Below are positions 50,217 to 64,000 of a DNA stretch of 64,000 nt, piece by piece; the first letter of the stretch is position 1, and each line of letters starts with the position of its first letter. Position numbers and translations under genes: made by a program. The DNA is from Octopus vulgaris. Taxonomy: Eukaryota. The DNA is taken from positions 29,078,001 through 29,142,000 of the forward strand of contig OX597840.1 in assembly GCA_951406725.2 (NCBI GenBank), in the 5' to 3' direction. The notes beneath the pieces are model-generated. The model was not told the origin of the DNA, searched no databases, and saw only the letters and a list, made by a program, of their open reading frames with translations.

Positions 50217-50719
50217 AGGATCATCATCATGATCATCATTAATATTATTATAGTTATAACCATTACTATTGTCATCATCATCATCATCATTATACTCTTT
50301 CTCCTCCTTCTCCTCATCCAGTTCTCCTCCTCCTCCTCATCCAGTTCTCCTCCTCCTCCTCCTCCTCCTCCTCTTCTACACTGACATCATCGCCATTAGC
50401 ATTATGTAGCTCTCAATGAGAAATGACTGAAATTGTTATGGTCCATCAGTCCCATGTACGCATGGAAAAGCAAATGTGATGATGATGATGACTGCGATGA
50501 TGATGACAATGATGGGGATGGTGATAATGATGATAATGATGATGATGATAACTATGATGATGATGATGATGATGATGATTGCAAAATGAGGATTGCCAAA
50601 TGATGATGACATTGCAGCTGCTAACGATGATAATGACGACAATAAGGACATTCCTCCCTTCCTCCACCACCACCACCACCACCACCACCACCACCACCCC
50701 ACCCTATATAAACTAGCCC

Positions 50720-51372
50720 ACGCACTCGGATTCCCCTACTCGATTTTTAATAACTCCCCCGAAAGAATATGAATCCAGATGCTCTCGTTTAATTTTGCTA
50801 GATCACGGTATGCCTGCCCTCCTGACCCCTCCACCTGTACCAGAAGTCCTTATCCTCTCTCATCCTTTGGTTGTCTCCCAAGAATGCTTCTAAAGTGTTA
50901 ATGCCATCCCCATCCCTACTTAGGGTTTATCTATGTAAGGTAGTGATCACATAATGCATAAAAATGATGGTGTAGTGTATGCCAGTTGAAGGCTATCGAC
51001 CTTTCTTTTCAGGTACATGACACTGCTGTCCCCAATCCCAGGGTCTCAAGGGCCCACACCTCCCACACCCTCAGAGTCGGCACACTCAGCGTGGGCACAC
51101 ATGGGGGCTATGGTTTTGGTTCATGCAATGAGGAGCAAACCAGGCTGCTGGACTTCTGCGATGCAAATGATCTTACGGTTTGCAATACTAACTTCAGGAA
51201 ACCTGCCTGTCACCTAGTCAACTACATCCTCACCAGAAAAAGGGAAAGATGGCTGCTTATAAAAGCCAAAACCTTCCCAGGTGAAGAATAGACTAGTAGT
51301 TAGCGACTTCAGGATCAGGGCTAAATGGATGTCCAGAAGACGACCAGGAGAAGGGTCTGGAAGCTTGAACCT
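50720..51372 (+). pseudogene. Multiply deleted 5' portion of the same RTE family (5' UTR plus EN)
   Basis: ORF 50986-51291 aligns with the 23094 ORF: PRVSRAHTSHTLRVGTL | HGGYGFG.NEE.TRLLDFCDAN | YILTR..ERWLLI.AKTFPGEE. Confidence 0.9.
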
Positions 51373-52328
51373 GAAGCCATATGGTTGGGTAGGAAGCTAC
51401 TTATTACACAGCCACACTTGTACCTACATAAATTCCTTTTTTCGTTTTTCTTGTTTCAGCTCAGAGCTGCGGCCATGCTGATGCACCGCCGTTTATATAT
51501 GTGCGTATATATATATTTCATATATATATATACACACACATACACACACTCATATGTATGTAATAGTATAATAAAATATATTATATTCAATTTATCCTGT
51601 GGGCAATTTTTCATTGTTGTGTTCCTAATAATTTATGCACGAACAATTTTCCTGGATCATCATATTGTGCTAAGACACATAAAGATGATGAGCAGATAGG
51701 GTCAGAAGAAGGAATGTGCAGAAAGAAATCTATTGTGACTTGTGACACTCTACGTAGCATTAAACATCTTCAGTTTATCCAATGAATGAATATTTCCTTG
51801 GAAAGTTGTCAATTGCTATTCATGAACAGTTTATTCTGGATAGGTTGTTTTGTATAGGTTATTGGATGTCTTTCAATCCATTTAAGAACCATTTTGCTCT
51901 ACTGGTTCTCTATGTTTACCAACTTTGAATATAGAATCTTGATAAGCATGACAATACCCCTGTTGAACTATTTACTTCTGTAGGTTTACTTCTAGATTGT
52001 TTGGCCATCTTAATAGAAAGTAAAGGAAATTCTTCATGAATATCAATTGCAATTGTATGTTTATGTTTTTGTGTAATGACATTCTGAAAGGAGAGGTGGT
52101 CATGGTGGATATAGGATACATATTGGAAACATAGCTGAGTGCTGGATCAAATGACAAGCATTACTTAGTTTGTATAATCTTTGTCTGAATGTTGTAGGTT
52201 CATTCCTCACCAAGGTCATCTAAACCTTTCCTGTAACTCAAACCAGGGCTCAGTGGTCAGAGAGGTTCTATCTCTATCTATCTTTGGCTATTTTGCTATT
52301 CTGGCTGTTGTTTATAAGCCTTTCATAT

Positions 52329-52405
<77 letters not shown>

Positions 52406-52479
52406 CCTTTTTCTTTTTTCTTTTCCCTCCCCCCCCTTTTCCCCCCTTCCCCCCTATTCCCCAGACAACTTCACAATCC

Positions 52480-53400
52480 CCTGCGGCTCTTCAGGATGGT
52501 CTCCTTGTTTAAGTTGGTGAATGCTGCCATAATCCTTGCCTTCAGTTCATCTTTGGTGTTACGAGGAGTTTTGTTGGTCTCTTGCTCAAATGCACCCTAC
52601 ACATAATAATCAAGGTGGTTGCAGTCTGGGGAGTTAGATTGCCAGATGTTAGGGGTGATGTGGTCACAGAAATTGTCTGACAGCCAAGACTGGGTTCTCC
52701 CGCTTGTGTGGCATGGTGCAGAGTCCTGTTGCCAGACATAGGGTGTCTCAGCAGCCACCCTCTTGACTCAGGGCAGCACGTGATGTAGGCCTCTGTGTTG
52801 AGTGTGAGGCTGTGTGGGAATATGAATAGAGGCATAATGTCGCCATCACTAGTGATCACTCCAAACACCATGATGTTGACTGGATGTTTGGTTTTTATCA
52901 CTCTCGGGGACATGGCAAGTCAACGGTGGCCCCTGCGTGTTCACCATCCGATCCTAGCAGAAATTTTTATCAGCTGAGAAAAACCAAAGCATGTTCAGTC
53001 GGAGGGGAAGCTTGAGTTTGTTCAAAGACTTCATAGCACAGTCTTTCCTCTTGTCCTTGATTGTTCGGGATAAAAATTGGCCCTTTCTCATCTTGTATGA
53101 GGAATACCAAATGTCTTCAAGTACTACCTGCCTTATAAGAAACTCAGACACTCCCATGTCCCTGGCAGTGGACCTGATTAACTTGGAAGGATCGTTGTCA
53201 ATCATGGCCTAAATCTCACCAACAAATTCAGGAGTTCTTTTCTCACCAGAACGATCAGAGTGAGTTTTCTGAGCTACCAAACCTTCATAATTGCCATTAA
53301 ACTCATCCAGTTTTTTCTGAATCTTCTGCAATGTCCTCAGATTGACACCCAAAGACCCTGGAATGTTTGTATAGGAGCCTCTGGTGTCAAGGCCAAGCAT
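52480..53400 (-). mobile_element. DD37D (maT-type) Tc1/mariner transposase pseudogene
   Basis: TKHPVNIMVFGVITSDGD; WQQDSAPCHT...SPDCNHLDYYV with 37 residues between the 2nd and 3rd Asp. Confidence 0.85.
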
Positions 53401-53977
53401 GTGTATATATATATATATATAACTATGGGTTTCCCTTATCTGAAAAGTAATTTTAAATGAAAAATTTCTAAACGATGAACTTTTATCTTACCTTATATAT
53501 TACATATTACTTATTTATATGCTTCCTATATATATGTATTTTTATATATTTTTTTATATATCTATATATTTATATATTACTTTATATTTTTACGTATTTA
53601 TTATTCTAGGTGTTGTAATGTTTTTAAAAAAAATATATATTTCTTAATCGCTAAAGTATTAACTTTTAACCGCGATGAACTGTATTCACACATTTTTCCT
53701 GCATTTTCTTATAAGCTTGTATTGATGAGTTATGTTTCATCTTCTGTGATGTTATACATGTATATTCTGTATGAAAGAAAAAGCATTATGTGACTAAATG
53801 TTCGAGATGTGATATGTTAGGTGGATGACCTTGTATTTGTTTGTTCTGCAACCGTAGTTTAATATATTTGTCTCATTTAATTGAACACTTCTATAGCAGT
53901 CCTATTAAACATTTTGTTCCTGATAAGAAACAATCACTTTATTATTGATACACACACACATATATATATATGTATAT

Positions 53978-54202
53978 CAATGGAAAGACAAGAAAAGACA
54001 TCAACAAGAAACTATGACAGTACAACAAGCCAGGCAAAGTCTTTGCTACATTTGCGGCACCTGCCAGAGGGAGTTTTTGTCCAAGATAGGACTACACAGC
54101 CATAGCAGGAAATGTATTAGGACATGAAATGTAAAAGCCGGACTAGACTATTTTATGTGCAACTCCATTGTATCCCGAGACAAAAAGGATGCCAACAACA
54201 AT
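53978..54202 (+). mobile_element. 3' end of an RTE-clade LINE with a C-terminal C2H2 finger
   Basis: YICGTCQREFLSKIGLHSHSRKC; tail CGAGAC..AAGGATGCCAACAACAA. Confidence 0.7.
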
Positions 54203-55222
54203 ATATATATATATATATATATGTATATATGACAGGCTTCTTTCACTTTCCATCTACCAAAACTACTCACAGAGCTTTGTTTTGCTTGACGCTATGCTAA
54301 TTATTGTTTTTTTTTATTTGTTCACTTATTTAATTGCGGTCATGCTGGGGCACCACTTTGAAGGGTTTTAGTCAAACAAATTAACTCTAGGACTTATTTT
54401 TAAAGCTTTGCATTTATTCTATCGATTTTTTTGCCAAACTGTTAAGTCACAGAGTTGTAAACCCACCAACACTAGTTGTCAAGTGGTGGTGGTGGCAACA
54501 AGCACAGAGACAAAGACACACAAACACATAGATATATACATATACGATAGGCTTCCTTCAGTTTCCATCTACTAAATCTACTTGTAATGCTTTGGTCAGC
54601 TCGAGGCTATAGTAGATCCTTAAGATGCTTGAATGGAGGCATGTTGATGTGAGGGTTGGCAACCATAGAAAAACTTGCCTCAATAAATACCATTTGAACT
54701 TTAGATGCATGGAAAACTGGACAACGATGATGGCAATGATGACAACAATGATGATACTAATGATAATGTTTACAACAACAACAACAACAACAACAATGCC
54801 TATGTATTATCAGTCCTATAATGATATACAGCACAATATTGACACCTTGCATTTTATCAAGCATTTCATTATGCGAATTATATTGAACATATTAATATAA
54901 TTAAAATATTCTTGTGCAAAATAAATTAGAAAGTCTGAAATAATGCATATAATTATGTTTTAATGAGGAACAAGAATTAAGTAAAATATCTTAATTAGGA
55001 AAAGAAAATTTATAATTTCCCGCATTTTCCAAATTTGTTATTCCCTTACATTGTTGGCTGTTTGTTGATTTGCATTCCTTGTTTTTGAAAGAACATTCTC
55101 TTTTGATGTCTTCCAACATGGTTATTCCATTTGTTGAATGCATAATTTTACATTTTCTGTCAAGGCAAGAGATAGACAGATGGCAGACACGAGCAGCGAA
55201 TGGAAGAAAATGAGAGCACTTT

Positions 55223-55262
<40 letters not shown>

Positions 55263-55302
55263 GTCGTCGTCGTCATCGTCGTCGTCGTCGTCGTCATCAT
55301 CG

Positions 55303-55376
<74 letters not shown>

Positions 55377-55377
55377 T

Positions 55378-55442
<65 letters not shown>

Positions 55443-55443
55443 T

Positions 55444-55511
<68 letters not shown>

Positions 55512-55512
55512 T

Positions 55513-55574
<62 letters not shown>

Positions 55575-55614
55575 TTCGTCGTCGTCATCGTCGTCGTCAT
55601 TGTCGTCATCATTG

Positions 55615-55646
<32 letters not shown>

Positions 55647-55718
55647 GTCGCCATCATCATCATCATCAGCAGCAGCAGCAGCAGCAACAGCCGCAAGAGC
55701 AACAACAGCAACAGCAGT
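55223..55718. repeat. (CAT/CGT)n microsatellite with a four-fold higher-order unit
   Basis: CTTCGTCGTCGTCATCGTCGTCGTCAT recurs at about 55376, 55442, 55511 and 55574. Confidence 0.95.
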
Positions 55719-56080
55719 GGACACACAATGACCCAATGGTTAGGTCAGCGGACTTGCAGTCGGAGGATCGCGGTTTCGATTCCCAAACTGGGTGTTTTGT
55801 GTGTTTATTGAGCGAAAACACCTAAAGCTCCGGCAGGGGGTGGTGGCGACCCCTGTTGTACTCTTTTGCTCCAACTTTCTCTCACTCTTTCTTCCTGTTT
55901 CTTGTCCCCGACTTCCTAAGCAACCGCTGAGCCTGGATGCGCATTCATCCATCCATCGATGCTCTCGGTGTCGGGGGTTGACCTGTGTTCTCTTCTGTGA
56001 GTCTTATGAATTGCAAAGGACCATGTTTCGGACTTCTCCCATCTTGCAAGCTCTGGGACGAAGACCATTCGCTCAACAGC
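55719..56080 (+). mobile_element. SINE family B, tail type 3
   Basis: AATGACCCAATGGTTAGG...GGTTTCGATTCCC...GAGCGAAAACACCTAAA; distinct 3' region ending GAAGACCATTCGCTCAAC. Confidence 0.85.
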
Positions 56081-56262
56081 GACAGCAACAGCAACAGCAG
56101 CAGCAGTGGCTGGGACACTATCCCCATCACCCCCAAAATCATCATTATCATCATTATACTGTCTTCATCACCTGCACCACAATAATGATGATGATGATGA
56201 TGACGAGGATGATGACAGGGAGGATTATGATGATTAATCATTTTTTTTAATATTGGCTTCAA

Positions 56263-56858
<596 letters not shown>

Positions 56859-56861
56859 TAT

Positions 56862-57040
56862 ATAGTGAGAGAGCAGTGCATGCCATCAAAGTGACACTGG
56901 GGTAAAATTTATGAAGCCCAGTATACCCATCATGACTACCCATCTGATAAGGGTGCACCAGGCGCATGCATCACAACCATATGTGTGTGACATGGTGATC
57001 TCATATCAAGATAAACAGAACATGACCTTGCAGGTGGAGC
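56862..57040 (-). mobile_element. 5'-truncated element X abutting (TAA)n
   Basis: Matches 61498-61675. Confidence 0.8.
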
Positions 57041-57471
57041 CTTGTGTCATGTGAAAAGCTCTTGGAGGCAATGACCCAGATCATTGGCATCATGTCATGC
57101 TTGAGTAGAAAACCCATCAAGCCATGTAAAATCATGGCAGATACTGGTGCCGCGGCACCTGTGCCAGTGACATGTAAAAGCACTTGTTACACCATCTCGG
57201 ATTGGTTGGCAATAGGAAGGGCATCCAGCCATAGGAACCAGGCCAAATCGGATTGGAGTCTGGCACAGCCTTCCACATTGCCAGCACGGGTCAAACCTTT
57301 CAACCTATGCCAGCCTGGATAATGGATGCTAAATGATGATGATGATGATAAGGAGGAGGATAACTATCATCATCATCAGATCATCCTCATCATTGCATCT
57401 GTCATCGTCATCTTCTCTATAATCACCACTACTTTAACCACTGCCACCACCATATATATATATATGTGTGC

Positions 57472-57504
<33 letters not shown>

Positions 57505-57507
<3 letters not shown>

Positions 57508-58270
57508 GGTGTGTAAGATATTTGAGGACAGATTTATGTTTATAAAAAAAACCCAGATATATAACAGATAATAACATTATTTATCAAAAAATGCTATGAA
57601 GATAAAAATAAATCTTCTTTTCTAGAATGTTATTCAATAAAGCCAACTTTAGCTTCAACAACTGCTTCTGTATGAGATCTAAATCATCTACATGCTTGAA
57701 TTGAATGGTCCTGGTTCATTTTGGACATTACACTGACTATAGCAGCTTTCAAAGAATCTTTGATGTTATGGGCATGTTCATTAATCTCTCTCTCAACAAC
57801 GCTCCACATGTAATAGTCCAATGGATTGAGATCTGGGGAATTAGGAGGCCAAATGTTAGGGGTTATGTGATCATAAAAATTTTCAGCCATCCATTCCTGT
57901 GTTACTAGAGCCATGTGTGATAGTGCAGAGTCTTACTGAAACACATATGACCTTCAATTGCATACACTGTCTATCCAGGGCTTACCAGTTATTTCCAGGA
58001 CCTCAATGTAGGCGGCAGAATTAACACTAAGGCCTTGTGGAAAGAAGTAAAGAGGCACCACATGTCCTTCATTGCTGACAACCCCTAAAACCATGACAGT
58101 TGCAGGAAATGCATAACACTTTGAATTTCAGAAGGGTCTGCACGGAACCATCTGTCATTTCTTCTGTTAACTTTTTGGTCTTGGTTGAAGCTTTTCTCGT
58201 TTGAGAAAAACCAAAATCAAATTTTCTTCTGTTTTCAGTTTGTTTAAGAGCCTTTTAGATCTGATGTAGT
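57505..58270 (-). mobile_element. Second DD37D (maT-type) transposon remnant with terminal TIR
   Basis: WMAENFYDHITPNIWPPNSPDLNPLDYYMWSVVE; terminus TA|CAGGGTG at 57505. Confidence 0.85.
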
Positions 58271-59362
58271 GAAAAACCAAATGAGGATGTCTACACAGCC
58301 ACATATTGAACTATATACTTGCACATGCCACTTCCTCCTACTCCCCGCCCCAACAACCTGACCGACTTCTTGATCGACACATGGTGAAGTTCCTGTTCAC
58401 CATGCAGTATTTTCCAAGTAACTTTTACCCATATACCAACATCAAATCATGACACTGTGTGACCTCCTTCGATCCATCACAGCCCCACTTACAGTAATAA
58501 CAATCAACTTCTCTCATTCAAATTCAAAAATTGATGACTAGCATCACACTTGAAACTCAAGAGTACCAACGAATTTGACTCTGTTTTAATCCATACATGT
58601 AAGTCCCAATAGTTTGGTTGAGTACCCTTCACACACACACACACACACAAGAAAAGACGTCATTGGCAACAAGAGACAGTTTCTTTATGGCACCAAGCCA
58701 ATATTGTTGTCTTAGAAGAAGGAATGTTTTTGAATAATGGCAGCTCCGGTTATAGAATATAAATAATGTAAATCATATAAATAAAGAGTTTATTCTCTCA
58801 TCATCTTCATGTCAACATCTCAGAGAAATGGTAAAATAATTGTTTGCGTGTGGGTTCCTTTAGCAGCGTCAACGGATGGGTGGCTCATTCTCTATGAATG
58901 ATATATTGCAGAATACTAATTAGAATGGTGTGATCATTAGAATGAAGAATTATCAAATTATACATATTTGTCTCACTTACCAATGGAGCGAATATTAAGT
59001 GTTGGTGCTTAGCACCATACTACACTTTCTTTTATCTTTGTTTGTCATAATCTTCATATATTTTGCATTCTTCATATTCCTTATCCTATAATGGTAATTG
59101 GTCTGACTTAAAGATTCTGCGTTTTGGAAGAACAATGATGGAATAATAGAATGCAATGGCTGCCTATCTTGTTTACAATTCTTGCTTCTTATCGAAGGAC
59201 ATTTTGTTTTTGCAGAAAGCTGGTTAATCTGCTGTGCTAGAAATAGCAGGAAAAGTTCTTATATCAAATAATATTTTCTGTTGTGTCTGGGGAGAGTCAT
59301 TTTCTTTTTGTGCCTTATTATGTAACACACTCACCGGTAAAATTTCCACTTTGAAAAAAAAT

Positions 59363-59533
59363 AGGTGTAGGAGTGGCTGTGTGGTAAGTAGCTTGCTTAA
59401 GAACCACATGGTTCCAGGTTCAGTCCCACTGCATGGCACCTTGGGTAAGTGTCTTCTACTATAGCCTCGGGCCGACCAAAACCTTGTGAGTGGATTTGGT
59501 AGACGGAAACTAAAAGAAGCCTGTCGTATATAT

Positions 59534-59565
<32 letters not shown>

Positions 59566-59750
59566 ATGTTTGCATGTCTGTGTTTGTCTCCTCAACATCG
59601 CTTGACAACCGATGCTGGTGTGTTTACGTCTCCGTAACTTAGCAGTTCGGCAAAAAAGAGACCGATAGAATAAGTACTGGGCTTACAAAGAATAAGTCCT
59701 GGGTTCGATTTGATCGACTAAAGGCGGTGCTCTAGCATGGCCACAGTCAC
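59363..59750 (+). mobile_element. SINE family A between ~80-bp direct duplications
   Basis: 59272-59352 is duplicated at 59768-59847. Confidence 0.9.
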
Positions 59751-59764
59751 AGTCGCATATATAT

Positions 59765-59980
59765 ATATATTCTGTTGTGTCTGGGGAGAGTAATTTTCTT
59801 TTTGTGCCTTATTATGTAACACACTCACCGGTAAAATTTCCACTTTTTCTTATGTTACCGGTGAGTGAGTTATATTATAAGACACAAAAAGAAAATGACT
59901 CTCCCGTGACACAACAGAATATGCTTCAACACACGAATTCATATAAAGAATCTTGCATACCAAATCCCAAAACGAAACAA
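59765..59980. repeat. Fold-back element, homolog of 16218-16428
   Basis: Arms 59768-59833 and 59854-59922. Confidence 0.85.
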
Positions 59981-60366
59981 ATAATATATGTTACAGAAAA
60001 AAATAATTTCGTTCATTCTTAAGCTCTGAGTTCAAATTCTGCTGAGGTCGACATTGCCGTTCATCCTCTCGGGGCTGATAAAATAAGTACCAGCGGTGCA
60101 CTGGAGTCGATGTAACCAAATTATTCTCTTCCCTGAAATTGCTGGCCCTGTGCCAAAATTTAAGAGTGATGTGTGTTATAGAAAATGACAAAGAAGTGTG
60201 GGTTGAGCAATTTGGTATGCACTTCAATTTGGTTGGTCACATTTGGAAGGTCTTTGGATGCACATTGATCTGCTCAATCAGAAATGACCAGTGACTAATT
60301 GACAACAACAACAATAAAAACAATAAAACTATAACAGCTTCATTATATATACATATGTACACACAT

Positions 60367-60780
60367 AGGCGTAGGAGTGGTTGTGTGCTAAGTAGCTTGT
60401 TTACCAACCACATGGTTCCGGGTTCAGTCCCACTGCGTGGCACCTTGGGCAAATGTCTTTTACTACAGCCTCGGGCCGACCAAAGCCTTGTGAGTGGATT
60501 TGGTAGACGGAAACTGAAAGAAGCCTGTCGTATATATGTATATATATGTATGTGTGTGTATGTTTGTGTGTCTGTGTTTGTCCCTCTAGCATTGCTTGAA
60601 AACCAATGCTGGTGTGTTTATGTCCCCCATCACTTAGCGGTTCGGCAAAAGAGACCGATAGAATAAGTACTGGGCTTACAAAAGAATAAGTCCTGGGGTC
60701 GAGTTGTTCGACTAAAGGCAGTGCTCCAGCATGGCCGCAGTCAAAATGACTGAAACAATTAAAAAGAGAGAAAAGAGAAA
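60367..60780 (+). mobile_element. SINE family A
   Basis: Full match. Confidence 0.9.
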
Positions 60781-61109
60781 GAGACACACACACACATACA
60801 CGCACACACATACGCACACATCTTTTAAGTTTGTTTACAGGAAATGTTTTGAATATGCAAATAAAGCTCCTATTCCGTGATGCCAACCACAGTGTAATGG
60901 ACCAAAAGGGATGATCAATTCTCATTAACGCCATATCACCCAAAGAAATCAATGCATGAACACGACCTACCCAAAGTCCATAGATACTACAGACTGCACT
61001 ATAATCGTCCAAGAACATGGATTATGATCTTAAGAAACATGTGATTTGTGGAATTGCCTGTATTTATAAATTAAAATATTTATAAATTCTACCCATGGAT
61101 TATTGTTGC

Positions 61110-61162
<53 letters not shown>

Positions 61163-61163
<1 letters not shown>

Positions 61164-61472
61164 CTTTTTTTTCTTCTTCTTTCAAATTTGCTTCCATTTC
61201 TTGCCGAGTGTCTTCCCGACTCCTAGAGCAAAGAAACTCATAGTATACATTGGTAGGCCATTAAACTAAACTCACTAGTTCGTTCATTTTTTTTTTTTTT
61301 TAAAGTCAAATTAAAATACATGGGTAGTAATAGTTCTCACATCAACAATGCTCTTCTCAATACGTGTGATGTACCAGTTAAGACAATCTTTTGCACTTCT
61401 TGCAGGGATGGTAAGCCAGGGATCATTCTCATATAATTTTCGGTTCCCTTCTTGATCATTCCTAGTGCTCCT
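61163..61472 (-). mobile_element. R4/Dong-like (restriction-like endonuclease) LINE 3' end, subfamily 1, in (TAA)n
   Basis: Minus: GALGMIKKGTENYMRMIPGLPSLQEVQKIVLTGTSHVLRRALLM*. Confidence 0.8.
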
Positions 61473-61497
61473 TATTATTATTATTATTATTATTATT

Positions 61498-62053
61498 GAG
61501 TGAGAGAGCAGTGCATGCCATCAAAGTGACACTGGGGTAAAATATATGAAGCCCAATATACCCATCAGGACTACCCGTCTGATAAGGGTACACCAGGCAC
61601 ATGCATCACAACCATATGTGCGCGACATGGTGATCTCATATCAAGATAAACAGCACATGAGCTTGCAGGTGGGGCCCAGTTAGAATTTTCTTCAGGTTGA
61701 GTAGCCCATCCCGCTTAAAAGGTCCCTGAATAAGGGTTGTTTAAGGATGTTGAAAGAACCACCCATGTTTCCAGAGGTGAATTATTCAAACCCCAAATAA
61801 TCCCTCTCAACACATGGCTATGATGCTCCCCCACTACTTCTGCTCGTGATCAGAGATGCACATATCGTCAGCCACTAAGGGACATGCTCAACTGGTTATG
61901 GTCAAACAACTGACAAGCAAATCTGTGGTATTGAGCAGAATATTTGCTGTAGCCCATCTTTTATACCAAGACAAAACAATGTACATGATAACACTTCCAA
62001 TCAGTTAAGATCAGAAGCCATGAGAGCCACTGCCTGGTACTGCATCAGGGCAT
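61498..62053 (-). mobile_element. Element X, full length (~555 bp), in (TAA)n
   Basis: Minus 5' TGCCCTGATGCAGTACCAGG, 3' GCACTGCTCTCTCACTC(AAT)n; near-identical to the 62473 copy. Confidence 0.85.
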
Positions 62054-62061
62054 TATTATTA

Positions 62062-62095
<34 letters not shown>

Positions 62096-62097
<2 letters not shown>

Positions 62098-62450
62098 TAT
62101 GTTTGACTTTTGCTTTACATTTGTACAAGTTGGCTCCAAGTCTCACCCAGAGACCTCAAGAGACAACAGGTTGGAAGTTCATGTTGTTGTTATGCCTAGG
62201 GTGCCGTATATTTGGTTTTGTACTTAGTGTTATACTAGAGAATGTCTAAAAAAATAAATAAAAAAACATACATAAATTATGTTTGTTTTAAAACTTGAGA
62301 TTACATAGAAAGTATTTTGCGTAGGATATGAGCAGTTCCCATGAGCACTGTCTTTTGAAAATCTGCGATTTTTGGGTTTCCTAGTATCTGAGTTAAGTGG
62401 CAATCAGCCCCTTTTGGTATCATTCCCAGGGCACCTATGACAACAGGTAT
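62096..62450 (-). mobile_element. R4/Dong-like LINE 3' end, subfamily 2, in (TAA)n
   Basis: Minus: IPVVIGALGMIPKGADCHLTQILGNPKIADFQKTVLMGTAHILRKILSM*. Confidence 0.85.
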
Positions 62451-62472
62451 TATTATTATTATTATTATTATT

Positions 62473-63067
62473 GAGTGAGTGAGCAGAGCATGCCATCAAA
62501 GTGACACTGGGGTAAAATATACGAAGCCCAGTATACCCATCATGACTACCCGTCTGATAAGGGTACACCAGGCACATGCATCACAACCATATGTGTGCGA
62601 CATGGTGATTTCATATCAAGATAAACAGCACATGACCTTGCAGGTGGAGCCCAGTTAGAATTTTCTTCAGATCGAGTAACCCATCCCGCTCAAAAGGTCC
62701 CTGAATAAGGGTTGTTTAAGGACATTGAACAAAACACCCATGTTTCCAGAGGTGAATTATTCAAACCCCAAAGAATCCCTCTCAACACATGGCTATGATG
62801 CTCCCCCACTACTGCTGCTCGTGATCAGAGATGCACATATCGTCAGCCACTAAGGGACATGCTCAACTGGTTAAGGTCAAACAACTGACAAGCAAATCTG
62901 TGGTATTGAGCAGAATATTTGCTGTAGCCCATCTTTTATACAAAGACAAAAGAATGTACATGATGACACTTCCAATCAGTTAAGATCAGAAGCCATGAGA
63001 GCCACAACCTGGTACTGCATCAGGGCATTTATGGTACTGCATCAGGGCATTGGTACTGCATCAGGGC

Positions 63068-63070
<3 letters not shown>
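62473..63070 (-). mobile_element. Element X, full length, with triplicated 5' 20-mer
   Basis: TGGTACTGCATCAGGGCAT three times at 63010-63070. Confidence 0.85.
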
Positions 63071-63119
<49 letters not shown>

Positions 63120-63139
63120 AATATTATTATTATTATATA

Positions 63140-64000
63140 TCATCATCATCATCGTTTTACATCTGTTTTCCATGCTGGCATGGGTTTGACGGTTTGACTG
63201 AGGTCTGGAGAGCCAATGGCTGCACCAGGCTCTGATCTGATCTGTCATTGTTTCTACAGCTGAATGCCCTTCCTAATGCCAACAACTCCGAGAGTGCAGT
63301 GCCTTTTATATTCCACTGGCACTTGAGCCAGTCAAGTGGCCCTGCATCGATCACATTTGGATAGTGCTTTATATGTGCCACCTGCATGTGAGCCAGTCAG
63401 AGGGCACTGACCAGAGCTACAATATTGGTTTTTCTTGACTCAACAGGTCTTCTCAAGTGTCATATTGATGGATGCATCAGGGGTACTCTTAACTGGGCCG
63501 GACATGCATGGCTGCGATCTCACTTTAGTTGCTGAGTCTTTTCAATCACAGCATATCTCCAAAGGTCTTGGTTCCCTGTCATTGCTTCTGTGAGGCCCAA
63601 TGTTCGAAGGTAATTACCATATCCTTCATCCCATGTCTTCCTGGGTCTGCCTCTTCCACAGGTTCCTTCCACAGTAAGGGAGTGGCACTTCTTCACACAG
63701 CTCTCCTTATCCATACACAACACATGACCATACCAATGCAGTCATCTCTCTTGCACACCACATTTGATGCTTGTTATGCGCAACTTTTCTCTCAGGAAAC
63801 TTTACACTCTGTCATGTATGCATATTGACATTACGCATCCAGTGGATCATACTAGCTTCATTTCTTTCAAGGCTATGCATGTCCTCAGCAGTCATGGCCC
63901 ATGTTTCACTGCCATGTAGCATGGTGGTTTGCATATATGCATCATACAGTCTACCTTTCATCCTGAGCGAGAGGCTCTTAGTTGCCAGCAGAGGTAGGAG
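63140..64000 (-). mobile_element. RTE 3' portion (ORF C-terminus plus 3' UTR), running off the window end
   Basis: LHGSETWA...SCVKKCHSLTVEGTCGRGRPRKTWDE...DLWRYAV; (GAT)n tail. Confidence 0.9.

Overview
A repeat-saturated, AT-rich animal window. The SINE/LINE repertoire strongly suggests an Octopus (coleoid cephalopod) genome; this is inferred, not verified. No intact host protein-coding gene is evident. The only long intact ORF (23094-26261, +) is a full-length RTE-clade LINE encoding an APE endonuclease and reverse transcriptase, with a C4HC3 PHD-type finger inserted inside the RT and a hairpin-repeat 3' UTR that has more than 10 truncated copies in the window. The window also holds a processed FAU (FUBI-RPS30) pseudogene, decayed Merlin, Helitron, mariner and DD37D (maT) transposons, a mariner MITE cluster, CR1/L2 and R4/Dong-like LINE 3' ends, at least four tRNA-derived SINE families, a (TAA)n-associated non-coding retroposon, a 16-bp minisatellite, a 4x ~300-bp tandem array and many microsatellites. 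The least obvious signal is about 10 minimal type-I hammerhead ribozyme motifs (Penelope-like, several distinct families, many in inverted-repeat cassettes). One has a natural G3-C8 core swap, and an inverted hammerhead-bearing pair brackets the FAU retrocopy. All calls were made by eye, and boundaries are approximate unless motifs are quoted.
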